Shown here: positions 1-14,605 of the stretch, in pieces | How positions within the stretch are numbered: position 1 is the first letter of the stretch | How the letters are laid out: the number at the start of each line of letters is the position of its first letter | The notes under the pieces: generated by a model | Database searches by the model: none | The model's input: only the letters and a program-made list of their open reading frames with translations | What the model was told of the DNA's origin: nothing | NCBI RefSeq assembly: GCF_009914755.1 | Contig: NC_060939.1 | Source: the human T2T-CHM13v2.0 reference genome, Homo sapiens | Direction: 5' to 3' (one strand) | Length of the DNA: 64,000 bases | Made by a program: the position numbers and the translations under genes

Positions 1-182
1 CAGTGAAAGATATGAGTGAGTGTGCATTTATTATGCTTTTATTATACATATATAGAGTGAATGCACCAAAATGTTAACTTTCGGATCTAAGTAGCATGCA
101 GGTGGATCCTAGTTCATTGTGCTATTCTTTCAAATGTTATGTATGTTTCAATTTTTTCATAACAAAAAGTTGGAGAAAACAG

Positions 183-658
183 GGCCGGGCGCGGTGGCTC
201 ATGCCTGTAATCCCAGCACTTTGGGAGGCCGAAGTGGGCGGATCACCAGGTCAGGAGATCAAGACCATCCTGGCTAATATGGTGAAACCCCGTCTCTACT
301 AAAAATACAAAAAATTAGCCGGGCGCGGTGGCGGGCGCCTGTAGTCCCAGCTACTTGGGAGGCTGAGGCAGGAGAATGACGTGAACCCGGGAGGTGGAGT
401 TTTCAATGAGCCGAGATCACGCCACCGCACTTTGGCCTGGGCGATAAGCAAGACTCCGTCTCAAAAAAAAAAAACAAAAACAAAAAATTAGCCAGGCGTA
501 GTGGTGGGCACCTGTAGTCCCAGCTACTCAGGAGGCTGAGGCAGGAGAATGGCGTGAACCCAGGAGGCGGAGCTTGCAGTGAGCAGAGATCGCACCACTG
601 CACTCCAGCCTGGGCGACAGAGGAAGACTCCGTCTCAAAAAAAAAAAAAAAAAAAAAA
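183..658 (+). mobile_element. AluY-like element with an extra right arm (L-R-An-R-An)
   Basis: Alu consensus; single TSD AAAAAGTTGGAGAAAACA at 164-181 and 654-671. Confidence 0.9.
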
Positions 659-1521
659 GTTGGAGAAAACAAATTAGCTACCTGCTAAAAATCTGTGCTT
701 ATAAAGATTATTAGCATAGTAAGTTAAACTTTCAAGGGTATTTATCAAACATCATCATCAGAACATTGAGCTATTCACCCGAACTGAATATAAATATGTG
801 CACTTCAAAAAAAATAAAATAAAAACACTAAATTGCTAACATACAGGAAGATATGGACAGTGCTCTCTCTCTCCCTCTTACAGCGTAATTACCATTCAAT
901 CAGGGACTGAACAGTGCATCAAACCCAGGACATTTGGAAATCACAAGGGGCTAGCAGGCTGGGTTTCTGACCACGTGTCTGTTGACTGTGACTTTGGTAA
1001 GTCACAACTTCTTCAGGGTTTCAGGTGGCCTGTGTTTCTCCAACTTGGGCCCTCCTCTCCATCCCTTCCAGCATTGTAATGATGCAGGCCCTCACTAATT
1101 CTTGCCTATAATATTTCAGCAGCTTCATAACCAATCCACCTGTCTCCAGGCTAGACCCTCTCAAATCCATCCTCAACAGAGCTACCACAGTAATCCATCT
1201 AAAACACGTTTGATTTTGGAATTTCCCACTTCTGGAACCACAGGAAGAAGTCCCAACAACTCTTGAAAATGGCCATTTTTAAAGCTATTCCAAGATCTAC
1301 CCCCAAACCTCTACTTCCTACTTCCCACCCAATCCCCTTGCTATTGTTCTAGGATCCTCCCTTGCTATTTTTCTAGTATCCAATTTCCCCTTCCCCCAGC
1401 TCTGAGCTCCGTGATATTTCCTCTTCTCTATGCCTTTGCTCTTGTTGTTAACTCTGAAAGAAATTTAACCTTTCCTAGATCACTCCTATCCACTTCTTTC
1501 AAATCTCAAGAAGCTCACCCT

Positions 1522-1778
1522 GGCCAGGTGTGGTGGCTCACTCCTATAATCCCAAAACTTCAAGAGGCTGAGATGGGAGGATCGCTTGAGCCCTCAGGCG
1601 TTCGAGACCAGCCTGGGCAACACAGTGAGACCCCTGTCTCTACAAAAAATAAACAAAATTAGTCAGGCATGGTGGCGTATGCCTGTAGTCCCAGCTACGC
1701 ACTTGCTGCAGTGAGTCAAGACTGTGCCACTGCACTCTAGTCTGAGTGACAGAGCAAGGTCCGGTCTCAAAAAAAAAG
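1522..1778 (+). mobile_element. AluJ-like, internal deletion in right arm
   Basis: Alu consensus; TSD aagctcaccct/aaggtcaccct. Confidence 0.85.
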
Positions 1779-1789
1779 GTCACCCTGCA

Positions 1790-1995
1790 GATTGGTGTCT
1801 CAGGAGCTAGAGAAGAGTAGGTGGAAAGCAGTTGCTTAATGGATACAGAATTTTCTTCTAGAGTGATGAAAATGTTTTGGAAGTACGTAGAGATGGTGGT
1901 TATACAACAATGTGAATGTATTAAATGTCATTGAATCGTTCACTTTAATATGACTTATTTTATGTTTTGACAATCTCATCTCAATTTTTAAAAGA
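1790..1995 (+). mobile_element. Old L1M 3' end fragment
   Basis: gatgaaaatgttttggaa...gatggtggttatacaacaatgtgaatgta resembles L1MB/MC 3' ends. Confidence 0.65.
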
Positions 1996-2890
1996 CAGCA
2001 GCAGCAGCAGCTTATCCTACAAAAAAAACCCTCAATGACTCCCCACTCTTCTGCCCCAGACTAGATCAGTACCTTGTACAGTCCTCTATCACAGCACTTA
2101 TTACCTTATATTATCTGCTCATGGAGCTCCCCCACAAAACTATGAGCCTCTTCTTATCTTCCTCATCCTCTCACCCTGCAGTGCTTAGCCCAAGTGCTCA
2201 ATAAATTTTTTTCATAATTGAAAAATAGAGATACCACTTATCTCCCTCAGGAAAAGGGCTAAAGCAGGTGGACTTTTGAAGATCTAGGCTATATAAAAGC
2301 CTATTAATTGGAAAGGAAAAGATTAGGAAGATTGCTGTCAATCTGGTTATAAAGGACAACAATGGCATGACCTCTGGTAAGACTTTTCAGTTAGCAATAT
2401 AAACATGTATTGAGTTACCTATATAAAGCACCGTATTAATATGCAAGCCCTTAATATGCCTTGTATCATTTAATGCTCACAACTACTCTATGAAATAAGT
2501 ATAACGATTAATCCTATTTTCCAAATGAAGAAACAAACATATTTAAGTAACTTGCCTAAGGTCACAAAGCTGGTTACCAGGAGTGGCAAGGCTCACACCC
2601 AAGACGTGCAGGCTGCAGAGTTTGACCCTGTATCATCAATGTGCTAACCTGCACCTTCATGCTGCTCCAGGTATGATTTCAAGAGCTATGAATGGACATT
2701 CTCTGGCCCACAATTGTCTTTTCTAAGACTGAGAAACACTTCATTTTCCTTGTTTACCTACTTATACATGGCCATGAATGCTATTTATATTTCATAAAGT
2801 GCTTTTTTAAAATATAAAATGTTAATTTTTAAAAAAAAACAAAGAGAAGAATCATTTAAAAAGGATTTGTCATTTAAAAACCTCTAACAT

Positions 2891-3209
<319 letters not shown>

Positions 3210-3759
3210 TCAGGAAGTGTTTGTGGGCTATTCTTATACACAGCTGAAAAGATCAGAGTGTACTGGCTTTACTACAACCACACCCACAGGGCCTCCCCAC
3301 TGGGACTCATTTTCAAAGTACCTCAACATCTGCACAAAGTAGGCACCCTGCTAATGCGAAAACCATATGAAATAACAGCATGCTGGAAGAAAAGTTAAAC
3401 ACTCCTACTTTTTTAAAAGTGTAGAAAGCATGATGTATTATATGTGTTCTTGTTCTCTCTCCCCTCCCCCCCACCACTTATCTCTCTCTCTCTCTAGAGC
3501 TCTCTTGGAATGTCTCTCTCTAGTAAAGAGAAAATGTCACAATCTGGTAAGAAGAAAATTAAACAAGAGTCAATGAGATTTTTTTTTTAAAATGATTTGT
3601 GCATCTGCAAGGGAAAACCTTACTACAGAGGTAATATAAAAAACCTTGACAATATATAAATATGGTCAATATTAAAAACGCATCATCTCCTCAAAAGTGT
3701 ACACAGTTGTAGATACACACACACACACCCCTCCAAATAAAACCAAGGATGACAGTATA

Positions 3760-4340
3760 ATATACTGGGTAAGTATACATGCATACAAAGCAAAATGACA
3801 GAAGGGGCAGTGTGACAGTATTAATATCTAACAATGTAGAATTCAAAACAAAAGTTATAATGCAACAAATTAGAGGCTTTTATACGACAAGTTACACTCT
3901 ACAATGAATATAAAATAGCCAAGAACCTTAATGTATCAATTATCACAAAATTAAATACATGAAACAAAAACTGTTTTAAATATCAGGGAAGGTAACAGAA
4001 GCACAGCTATAGTGAGACAGACATTACTCTAAAGCGACGGCTGGCCAAGTAGCAAAAATAAGGATGTATAAAGCTCTTACAGATCAACATGAACAGGGCA
4101 TCAGCAGAAAAAATGGTCAAAGAAAATGAACAATTCCTAAAACAAGAAATGAACGCAGCCAATAAGCACAGAAATATGTTCACCCTCCCTGGAAATCAAA
4201 AACATGGATTAAGCCAAACTATTTTTTTCTATCACATTTAAAAATGTTTTAAATAACAGAATCTATTATTGGAAGGATATCAGGAATGCAACAATTCCAC
4301 ATATCTCTGGAGGGAACACAGATTGGTTTTGGAATTTCCC
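3760..4340 (+). mobile_element. Ancient L1 remnant (ORF2 endonuclease fragment joined to 3' part)
   Basis: VTVLISNNVEFKTK resembles L1 ORF2 GVAILISDKTDFK; followed by an L1-like aaaaatggtcaaagaaaatgaaca segment. Confidence 0.6.
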
Positions 4341-4424
4341 ATAAAATGCCTCCTCTCTCCCCTTCTCCAATTTTTTTGTATATATGGCTTAAGGTGTAAA
4401 TCCCATAGCATTAAATTTGAAACA

Positions 4425-4630
4425 TCAGTTCACAATGGTAAGGACATGGGTTCCAAAGCCAGGCTACCTAACTCTTCACTTATTAGCTATAGTGTCTTGG
4501 GCAGGTAAATTATTTAACTTGCATCTGAAATGATGGCAATAGTACCTACTTCTTAGGGTTGCGGTGAGGATTGAGTTACTAGCACTTAGAACAATGCCTG
4601 GGAAATACATGCTCAATAAATCTTGGCTAT
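4425..4630 (+). mobile_element. MIR
   Basis: MIR core-like tgtcttgggcaggtaaatt...catctgaaatgatggcaatagtacctac...gtgaggatt. Confidence 0.65.
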
Positions 4631-4742
4631 CAGCACATGGATTTCTCACAAGCAGTTTCTTTCTAAGTAACTCACTAGCATTTACTGAGTACTTCTAATT
4701 GGGACATTTGTATGTGCTCAAATAATTTCAAATTACTTATAA

Positions 4743-5060
<318 letters not shown>

Positions 5061-5159
5061 TGAACATGTATGACTTTTGTGGGACAGTCATTTATCCTAA
5101 CTGGTTGAGACATTCACCTGCGCTCTCTCAAGGATACCTGGCCAGGTCCCATTCAATTA

Positions 5160-5526
5160 CAGACAGTCCCCAACTTATGATGGTTAGACTTAGGATTTTT
5201 TGACTTTACAACAGTACAAAAGCTACATGCATTCAGCAGAAACTGTATGTACTTTGAGTACCCGTACAACTATTCTGTTTTTTCACTTTCAATAGAGTAT
5301 TCGGTATTGAATTCATGAGATATTCAATACTTTCTTATAAAATAGGCTTTGTGTTAGATGATTTTGCCCAACTGGAGGCTAAGTGTTCTGAGCATGTTTA
5401 AAGAAGGTTAGGCTAAGCTATGATGTTGTGTAGGTTAGGTGTCTTAAATGCATTTCGACTTACAATATTTTCAACTTAAACTGGGTTTACCAAGACATAA
5501 CCCCATAATAAGTCAAGGAGCATCTG
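5160..5526 (-). mobile_element. MER47A-like TcMar-Tigger MITE, complete
   Basis: TA|CAGA...TCTG|TA ends with imperfect TIRs; 367 bp; matches recalled MER47A consensus. Confidence 0.8.
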
Positions 5527-6247
5527 TATAAAAATACAACTCATCGATCCTTTGCCAGTGCCTTTGGTCACTCAGCTACATCAGTTCATCTTCTGCATAT
5601 CATCTTGGAGACTGTATCATTTGAAAATAAGTCAATGTCAACAATATTTAGGATTTCTGACAATAAAACAAAGCCAACAGACAAAACTGTTTGTGTGACT
5701 ACAAACAATCCAATTTATTCTTGTGTTTTGGGGCTACATTTTTAAGCCTGGAAGAGACATTATCTTTTCTAATGATATAAAAGCTATATAAAGCTTTTAA
5801 TTGTATTATGATTAAGGAAAATAAGGCAATGAGTATTATATCCTATTGTTCCATTTATAATTTCAGGCAGCACATTTCAACCATCCATTTTTAGGCAAAT
5901 TCCCCACAGAAATCAATTTGACTTCCTTTGCATAAATAAGCACGTGCAGGTGGAAATTTCAATAATATGCTGTATCCTTTAGGTGGCAGGACAAACATTT
6001 GCAAAACTGTAACAGGACAGTAAAAGTTTCCATATGATAGTGATGAAACAATACATGTTATAACGTTCAAATCTATTATTCTTGGATCTAGTTTACCAAA
6101 GATACAAACATAAGTTAAACAGGGCTGATAAAATCAAAATTTTGCTGGCTATTAGCTAATTCTAGAGAGGAAGGGAGAAGCAGAAAGATGAACTTATAAA
6201 CTCACTAATAGGATAATTTCTGAAGATGAAACTTTCATGACTAGTCA

Positions 6248-6644
<397 letters not shown>

Positions 6645-7081
6645 TTACCACAATCCCCAAGCTGCACGCCCTCTAACTCCCTATTTTCAATAGAATTCTT
6701 ATTTGAAGATTTGTCTATGCCTCATCTGTGCCATCCTCTACCATAAAACCAGAATTAGTTTCCAAATCTGATGCTCCCTCAGCTGTATAATTTCACAGCT
6801 CCATACCACTGCATTTGCTCTTCTTTTGCTTGGAAAGCCACTGAAATTGTCTTTCTGGCCCAAGCTCACACTCTACCTTTCAACCTTTTTATGGGCTCAC
6901 TCTACACTCTATGTGCCCCCACAGCAATTTATACCGACTTCTATAATAACTGTTAACATGCCATATTCATTTATTTTTTATATCTAGCTCTTAAAATTCT
7001 TGAAGGCTGTGACTAGCTCTTTCTAATTACAGTACAGAAATTTTAGGACATACGCTAAATACAACAGTATCACAAAAGTGA

Positions 7082-7820
<739 letters not shown>

Positions 7821-9824
7821 TGAAGGATAAAGACTCTTTATAAACACAGCCACATTACTACCACTGTCACATTTAAATGTTTCAAATAATTCGATATCAT
7901 CAAGTATCCAGCTGATGATTATATTTCCTCGATTGTTTCATAAACTTTTACTTTTTACAAGTAGTTAATCAGGATCTAAATAAAATCCATCACGGCAATT
8001 GGCTAGTATGCATTTTAATCTCTTAAATCTCTTGTAATCCATAGGTTTCTCCTCTTTTTCCTTTTCTTACAATTTATAATTTTTAAGAAACCATTTCATT
8101 TTTCCATAGATTTCCACAATCAGAATTTTGCTGATTGCATCCCTATCTTCCTTTGTTCCCTGTATGACAATAATCAAAATTATTGTATGACAATAAACAA
8201 AATCATGGTTATAGCTAAAGGGTGATTATTTTGGCAAGACTATTAATAGGTGGTAATAAGTATTTCCACCACAAGATATATTATGCCAGCTTGTCTTTCT
8301 TTTTGAGACATTAGTAGCCTCTGACAATCATGTCTATAGACTCTAGATTCATTAATTCATTAGGAGCTGTAAAGTTATGATATACTAACTCTATCACCCC
8401 TTCTTCATATATTAGCTGGGACAGAATACATGATATACTAATTACATCATCCCTTCTTCATCTATTAGTGGCAGTAAAGTATAACTAAAACAGACACTTC
8501 CTCTTATCAGCTATTTGGCTACCTTGAGATACAGTTCTCACAGGAAATGCACAATAAATGTTTTATTATTTCCCTTTATTTTCCTGATCTTGAAAGAATG
8601 CATCACTTTCCTAGCATCCTCCAAAAGTCAAGAGTTGTTTTTATTCTTTTGGTCATCATTACAAACTCATGGATTTAAGGATTTCAGTGCACTACAGTTG
8701 CTATTCTTACTGATGATCAAACTGTCCCATCTTTGGGCAACTGAGAGCCTCTTGGAGTTGGCTCCAGAGTCCTAATCTTTGACAGCCTCTTTACACTCCA
8801 GCATGACAAGGGCACTCCAAGTTCATCCTCCACACTTTCTGCTTTCAACTTGGAATTATCCATTTCTTCGAAGAGGACCTAATTAATCCATTATTGAGCC
8901 TATGTGTTCCATAAATGTTTTCCAAACTAAATAAGGCAACTGCTGAGCAAAGTCTACTTCCTGAACTAATCATTTTTAATTTGAACAATGCATATGATGT
9001 ACCATAAGTATATATAATCATTACACCATCCTTATTAAAAAACTAATTAAAATCCTTTACTCATCACCTAAAGTTCCTGGACTCATTATGCACCAAAAGA
9101 CCCACCAAACCACTCTGCTTTGGTATTACAATAAAATTCAGCAATTCAAATCAACATAATGTTCTGAATAAACTTGCTGCAGGGTGAGGGTTGAAATCAA
9201 AAACTATAAAAGAAGGGTTTCTTTATTGTAATCCTCCTTCAAGAAGCACAAGAAATTCAACGCAGGGATAACCATAGGAAGTTGTCTGAATACAGCTTTA
9301 ATTAAGGTAAGCATTTTTAATTTAAGGTTGGAATAGTTAATGACAATGAGTAAACAGTGCTTAAGTATCATGAGTTTAAACTAAACATAACAATTTGTTA
9401 TCTTATTTACATTACCCAAAAGTCGCTGTTATGAGAATAACATTAAGATCTTTTCAAATGCACCCAAATCCCTCAGTGGAAAACACAAAGCCCTCATTCT
9501 CAAAATCAACAACTAAAACAAAATCATGTTTAATCCTTTATGCTTTCTAAACATCTCAAACTAATGTTATTAGTGGAAACAGAAAATGTTTTTGAAGATT
9601 TTTTTCAGTTGCTATATTTGTAACTCTAAATTCTTTTAGAAATACCAGTATTTTTTCGCAGTGCTGAGGCATTATAGCAAGATGCTTTAAAACATATTTA
9701 GTTCTGATTTATAAAATTCACTGCCCCATTTTAAGAGCAGCCTAGAGAAAGGGCAGCAAAAATAATCACTACAGAACCTCTCAGGTCAGAGATTACTTCT
9801 ACAATCAAAGTACTCTGCTACGAC

Positions 9825-10052
9825 TTTGTTTGTTTGTTTTTGGAGACAGGGTTTCCCTCTATCACCCAGGCTGGAGTCACAGTTCACTGCAGCCTTGACC
9901 TCCTGGGCCCAAGTGATCCCCTCACCTCAGCCTCCCAGGCAGCTAGGACCACAGGCATGCACCATCACGTCGGGCTAATCTTGTATTTTTTGTGGAGATA
10001 GGATTTCACCACGTTGCCCAGGCGGGTCTCGAACTCCTGGGCTCAAGCAATC
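9825..10052 (-). mobile_element. AluJ-like, truncated
   Basis: gcagccttgacctcctgggcccaagtgatcc AluJ-type sequence. Confidence 0.85.
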
Positions 10053-10245
10053 CAATTTAAAGTGGAATCCCCTTCTAAAATGTCTGCTTACAATATCTGT
10101 TTGCAGCACTTCTACTACTTCTGGAATTACAGTCCCTTAATTTATATTAAATTTCCTAAACTAGGTGAAAATGGAACAAGCATATTCTCACTATACATAT
10201 AACTGAACACACAATTAACCAGATCTGGTACAGTATTTATAGTCA

Positions 10246-10640
<395 letters not shown>

Positions 10641-11139
10641 TTATGGTTAACAGATGCAGCCATCTCCAGATTTGCTAGTAAAGGACTAATCCACAAATGT
10701 AGTTTATCCAGAATTTGTAATTGTGAACTACATTTATATGTGTACAAACATTCCCATTTAGTAAACTCTAAATTCATTGGCATATTTATAACAATAGTAC
10801 TATTCAGAATATTCAAAATTACTACTTTTGCCCATAATCTGCACATAATTCTAATTTAGCATGCTAAGCTAATATGCTGTATTCCACATATTATGTAATA
10901 AAATACTGCATATGTCACATACCTCAGTCTACTGCTGTGTCTTCTTCAGATAATAAGCTTAAATACACAAAGGAAATTATTTATGAAATAAACATTTTAA
11001 AATTTTATCTCAAATCAAAGTTGTGCAAAGTAAATAGTGACTATTTCCAAAATAATTAAATGAACAGTTTAAGACCCAAATTAAGTACCCATAGAGGAAA
11101 GAGAAGAAAGTAAGATGTACTTTAACACCATAATAAGTA

Positions 11140-12325
<1,186 letters not shown>

Positions 12326-14267
12326 TTAAAGGCAAAAAGAAAAAAAAAAAGGGTGGCCCAATCATACAATAAATACATATACATGTGACCAAATCTGGGA
12401 TTATGCTTTATAGATTGAAAAGCAGAAAGGGTCTATTTCTCCTGTACATGTGTTTTATTCTATCAATGCTTGGTTTGGTTTTATTCATCACTACAGTTTT
12501 ATTTTAAAATTTTACAGAATTCATTCTAAGTTTTATTCCTCATTACGCTTTTATTTTTAAATTGTACAGAACTTATTCTAATATTTAAACAGAAATGTTT
12601 GCTTTTTCTACATAAATAGGTTAATATCATGTTTATCTTTATTATGTCATTTTGAGAAAAATAGAACGCTCAATTGAGTGCTAAAGATTTAAGCTCAGAG
12701 ATATGCACTTTATGTTCCAAATGTATAAAATGCAAACTATCATGCTGATAATACCTACTAAATACTCTGCATTTCTAGAAAACTGGATAAAATTAAGGCA
12801 TATAAACCTCCAAGTGGGATTTACATCCTTAGTGCAAATCAAACACAACCAGGGAAAACAAAGCTAATAAATCTAGAAACTTGTATCTTCTATAAGGCTA
12901 AAAACACAACTTGCATTACAGAAGTAGAATCTTAACTGTAATGAACTCCAATATCACTAAATGACATTTCTGCCAGTTACTTTTTTTAAAAAAAAAAGTG
13001 AAACAAAGTAATCTCTGTTTTCCATGAGCTTATAAAACGACTTCATGCTTTATCAAAGAACATCAATTACGTCATCTGAATCTACTCTCTTTTTTTGAAA
13101 TAGGAATTTAAGTCTAGGTAGTTCCTCCACAATTTCCTTTATGTCCAAGTAAAATAATCCTCGATATAGGTGGAGAGAAAGGCATAACTCTGAATTAACT
13201 CAAAAAAGCAGAAGCAGATTAATTAGTATTCTGATAAAAAGAATATAATCATTTGGTAAAATCTGCGTTGAATTGTAAAGGTTCATTTTAATTACCCCAA
13301 CTAGGTAACTGTGCAGTTGGAGCATAACAACTCCTTTACGTTCGACTCTTCCAAGACTTTGTAAGTGGCACTTATTTTAATGATATAGAATTTTGATGAT
13401 ATCGCCATTCTTGTAACGTGACAAATTATCTAAATCACAACATCTGCGGTCAGGCTGTTTCTCAAGATTTCTGTTCTCCTGCCAACTAAAGAGGCCCCGA
13501 CTACTCCTTGGCGCGCACACTGAGGCCGCGCTGCAGGTCAGCACCGAAAGAGCCCCGCACGGATCCCGCCCCACAGGTGCGATTTACACAACCCACATCA
13601 CCACCACCCCTCCCAACTTCACCACCTCTAGGGTCACCACCCTGTGGGGTTTTGTCTTTACGACTAAGCCGATTCCCTCTGCCTCGCTGGGGAATCAAAC
13701 TTCCCAGTGACAACGACAGCGGCCAGCACGGGACGTCCACCAGCCCGGCAGGGCTTGACGCTGTCTCAGACCCGGGGAAGGTCCGGAGTCCGGGCACGGT
13801 GGCGCGGGGTGCGCAGCCCTGCCCACCTGCCCTACCTGGTGCGAGCCCCGGCCCCGGGGACTGGGGAGCCAACACGGCCGAGCGGGCGTGGGCAGCAGGG
13901 CGAGCGCCGGGAGAGGAGAGCGACGAGGGGGGGTCAACGGAAAGAGCGGAGTAGGGGTGCCAATCGAGGAACTTTGGATTTAGGAGGAGGGGGCCAGAAC
14001 CGCCCCACTGAGGTTTCTTCCAGAAGTTCGGAGGCTTGGGAGAAAGGGGTGGGGAAGAGACCCGTAGAGGCTCGGGTGCGGCGGCGGGGAGGATCCCCGG
14101 GGTCTCTGGGCTGACGGAGTCTCCGGCCTCAGGGAGGAGTCGCCAGGGCCGCCGAAGCCGAACTGGCAGAGGAAAAGCAGAGGAAGGCGGCGCGCGAACT
14201 CGCCAGCAAAGGAGGGCTGCGCTGCTCCCGGAGCGGAGCGCCTCGCAGCCCGGACCGCGGGACTCAC

Positions 14268-14345
14268 CGCGCTGGCGGCGGCGGCGCCAGACGACGCGGG
14301 GCCGGGCACGTCCTGCCTCCTCAGGCGGGACTTGAGGCTCTTCAT
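14268..14345 (-). CDS. UACA: UACA first coding exon (long isoform), 26 codons, phase-0 donor
   Basis: Translates to MKSLKSRLRRQDVPGPASSGAAAASA, which I recognise as the N-terminus of human UACA. ATG (cat 14343-14345) is in gccATG context. The exon ends at GCG|GTGAGT (gactcac 14261-14267). Confidence 0.95.
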
Positions 14346-14499
14346 GGCTAACTCTTGCCTGGCCCCCGCGCGAACCTTAAAGGCTGCGGAGTGCCAGCGC
14401 GCAAGGAGTAGACGGCAGCGGCTGCAGCAGAGGCGGCGCGGGCTGTACCAGCCCCACCTGCCTGCCACCTGCGGGCCCCGGGCAGCAGACGTCGACAGG

Positions 14500-14605
14500 C
14501 CTGAGGCGGGGCTCCCCTCCCGTAGCCAATTGACCCGCTGCCCTGGCGGGGGCGTGGCAAACCGCGACCAATCGGAATGCGGGAATGGGGCGGGACTTCC
14601 CTTTT
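14500..14605 (-). promoter_or_regulatory. UACA: UACA proximal promoter: two CCAAT boxes, Sp/KLF GC boxes, GGAATG x2, kB-like site
   Basis: CCAAT 14526-14530 and 14568-14572; GGGGGCGTGGC 14548-14558; GGGGCGGGAC 14587-14596; GGAATG at 14574 and 14582; GGGACTTCCC 14592-14601. Confidence 0.65.

Noticed and set aside
8161-8470. Short imperfect tandem duplications (8161-8206, 8379-8470; also 1336-1382, 30156-30205, 59399-59426)
   Set aside because: Ordinary slippage duplications, mostly within repeats; two units only, no spacer structure, not CRISPR-like.
13980-14267. 3' part of the 162-aa minus ORF after ...AAAASA
   Set aside because: Reads through the GTGAGT donor into intron 1; the real protein continues in exon 2 outside the window.
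13377-14335. Overlapping Pro/Arg/Gly-rich ORFs on both strands
   Set aside because: Expected stop-codon scarcity in a CpG island; no recognisable domains.
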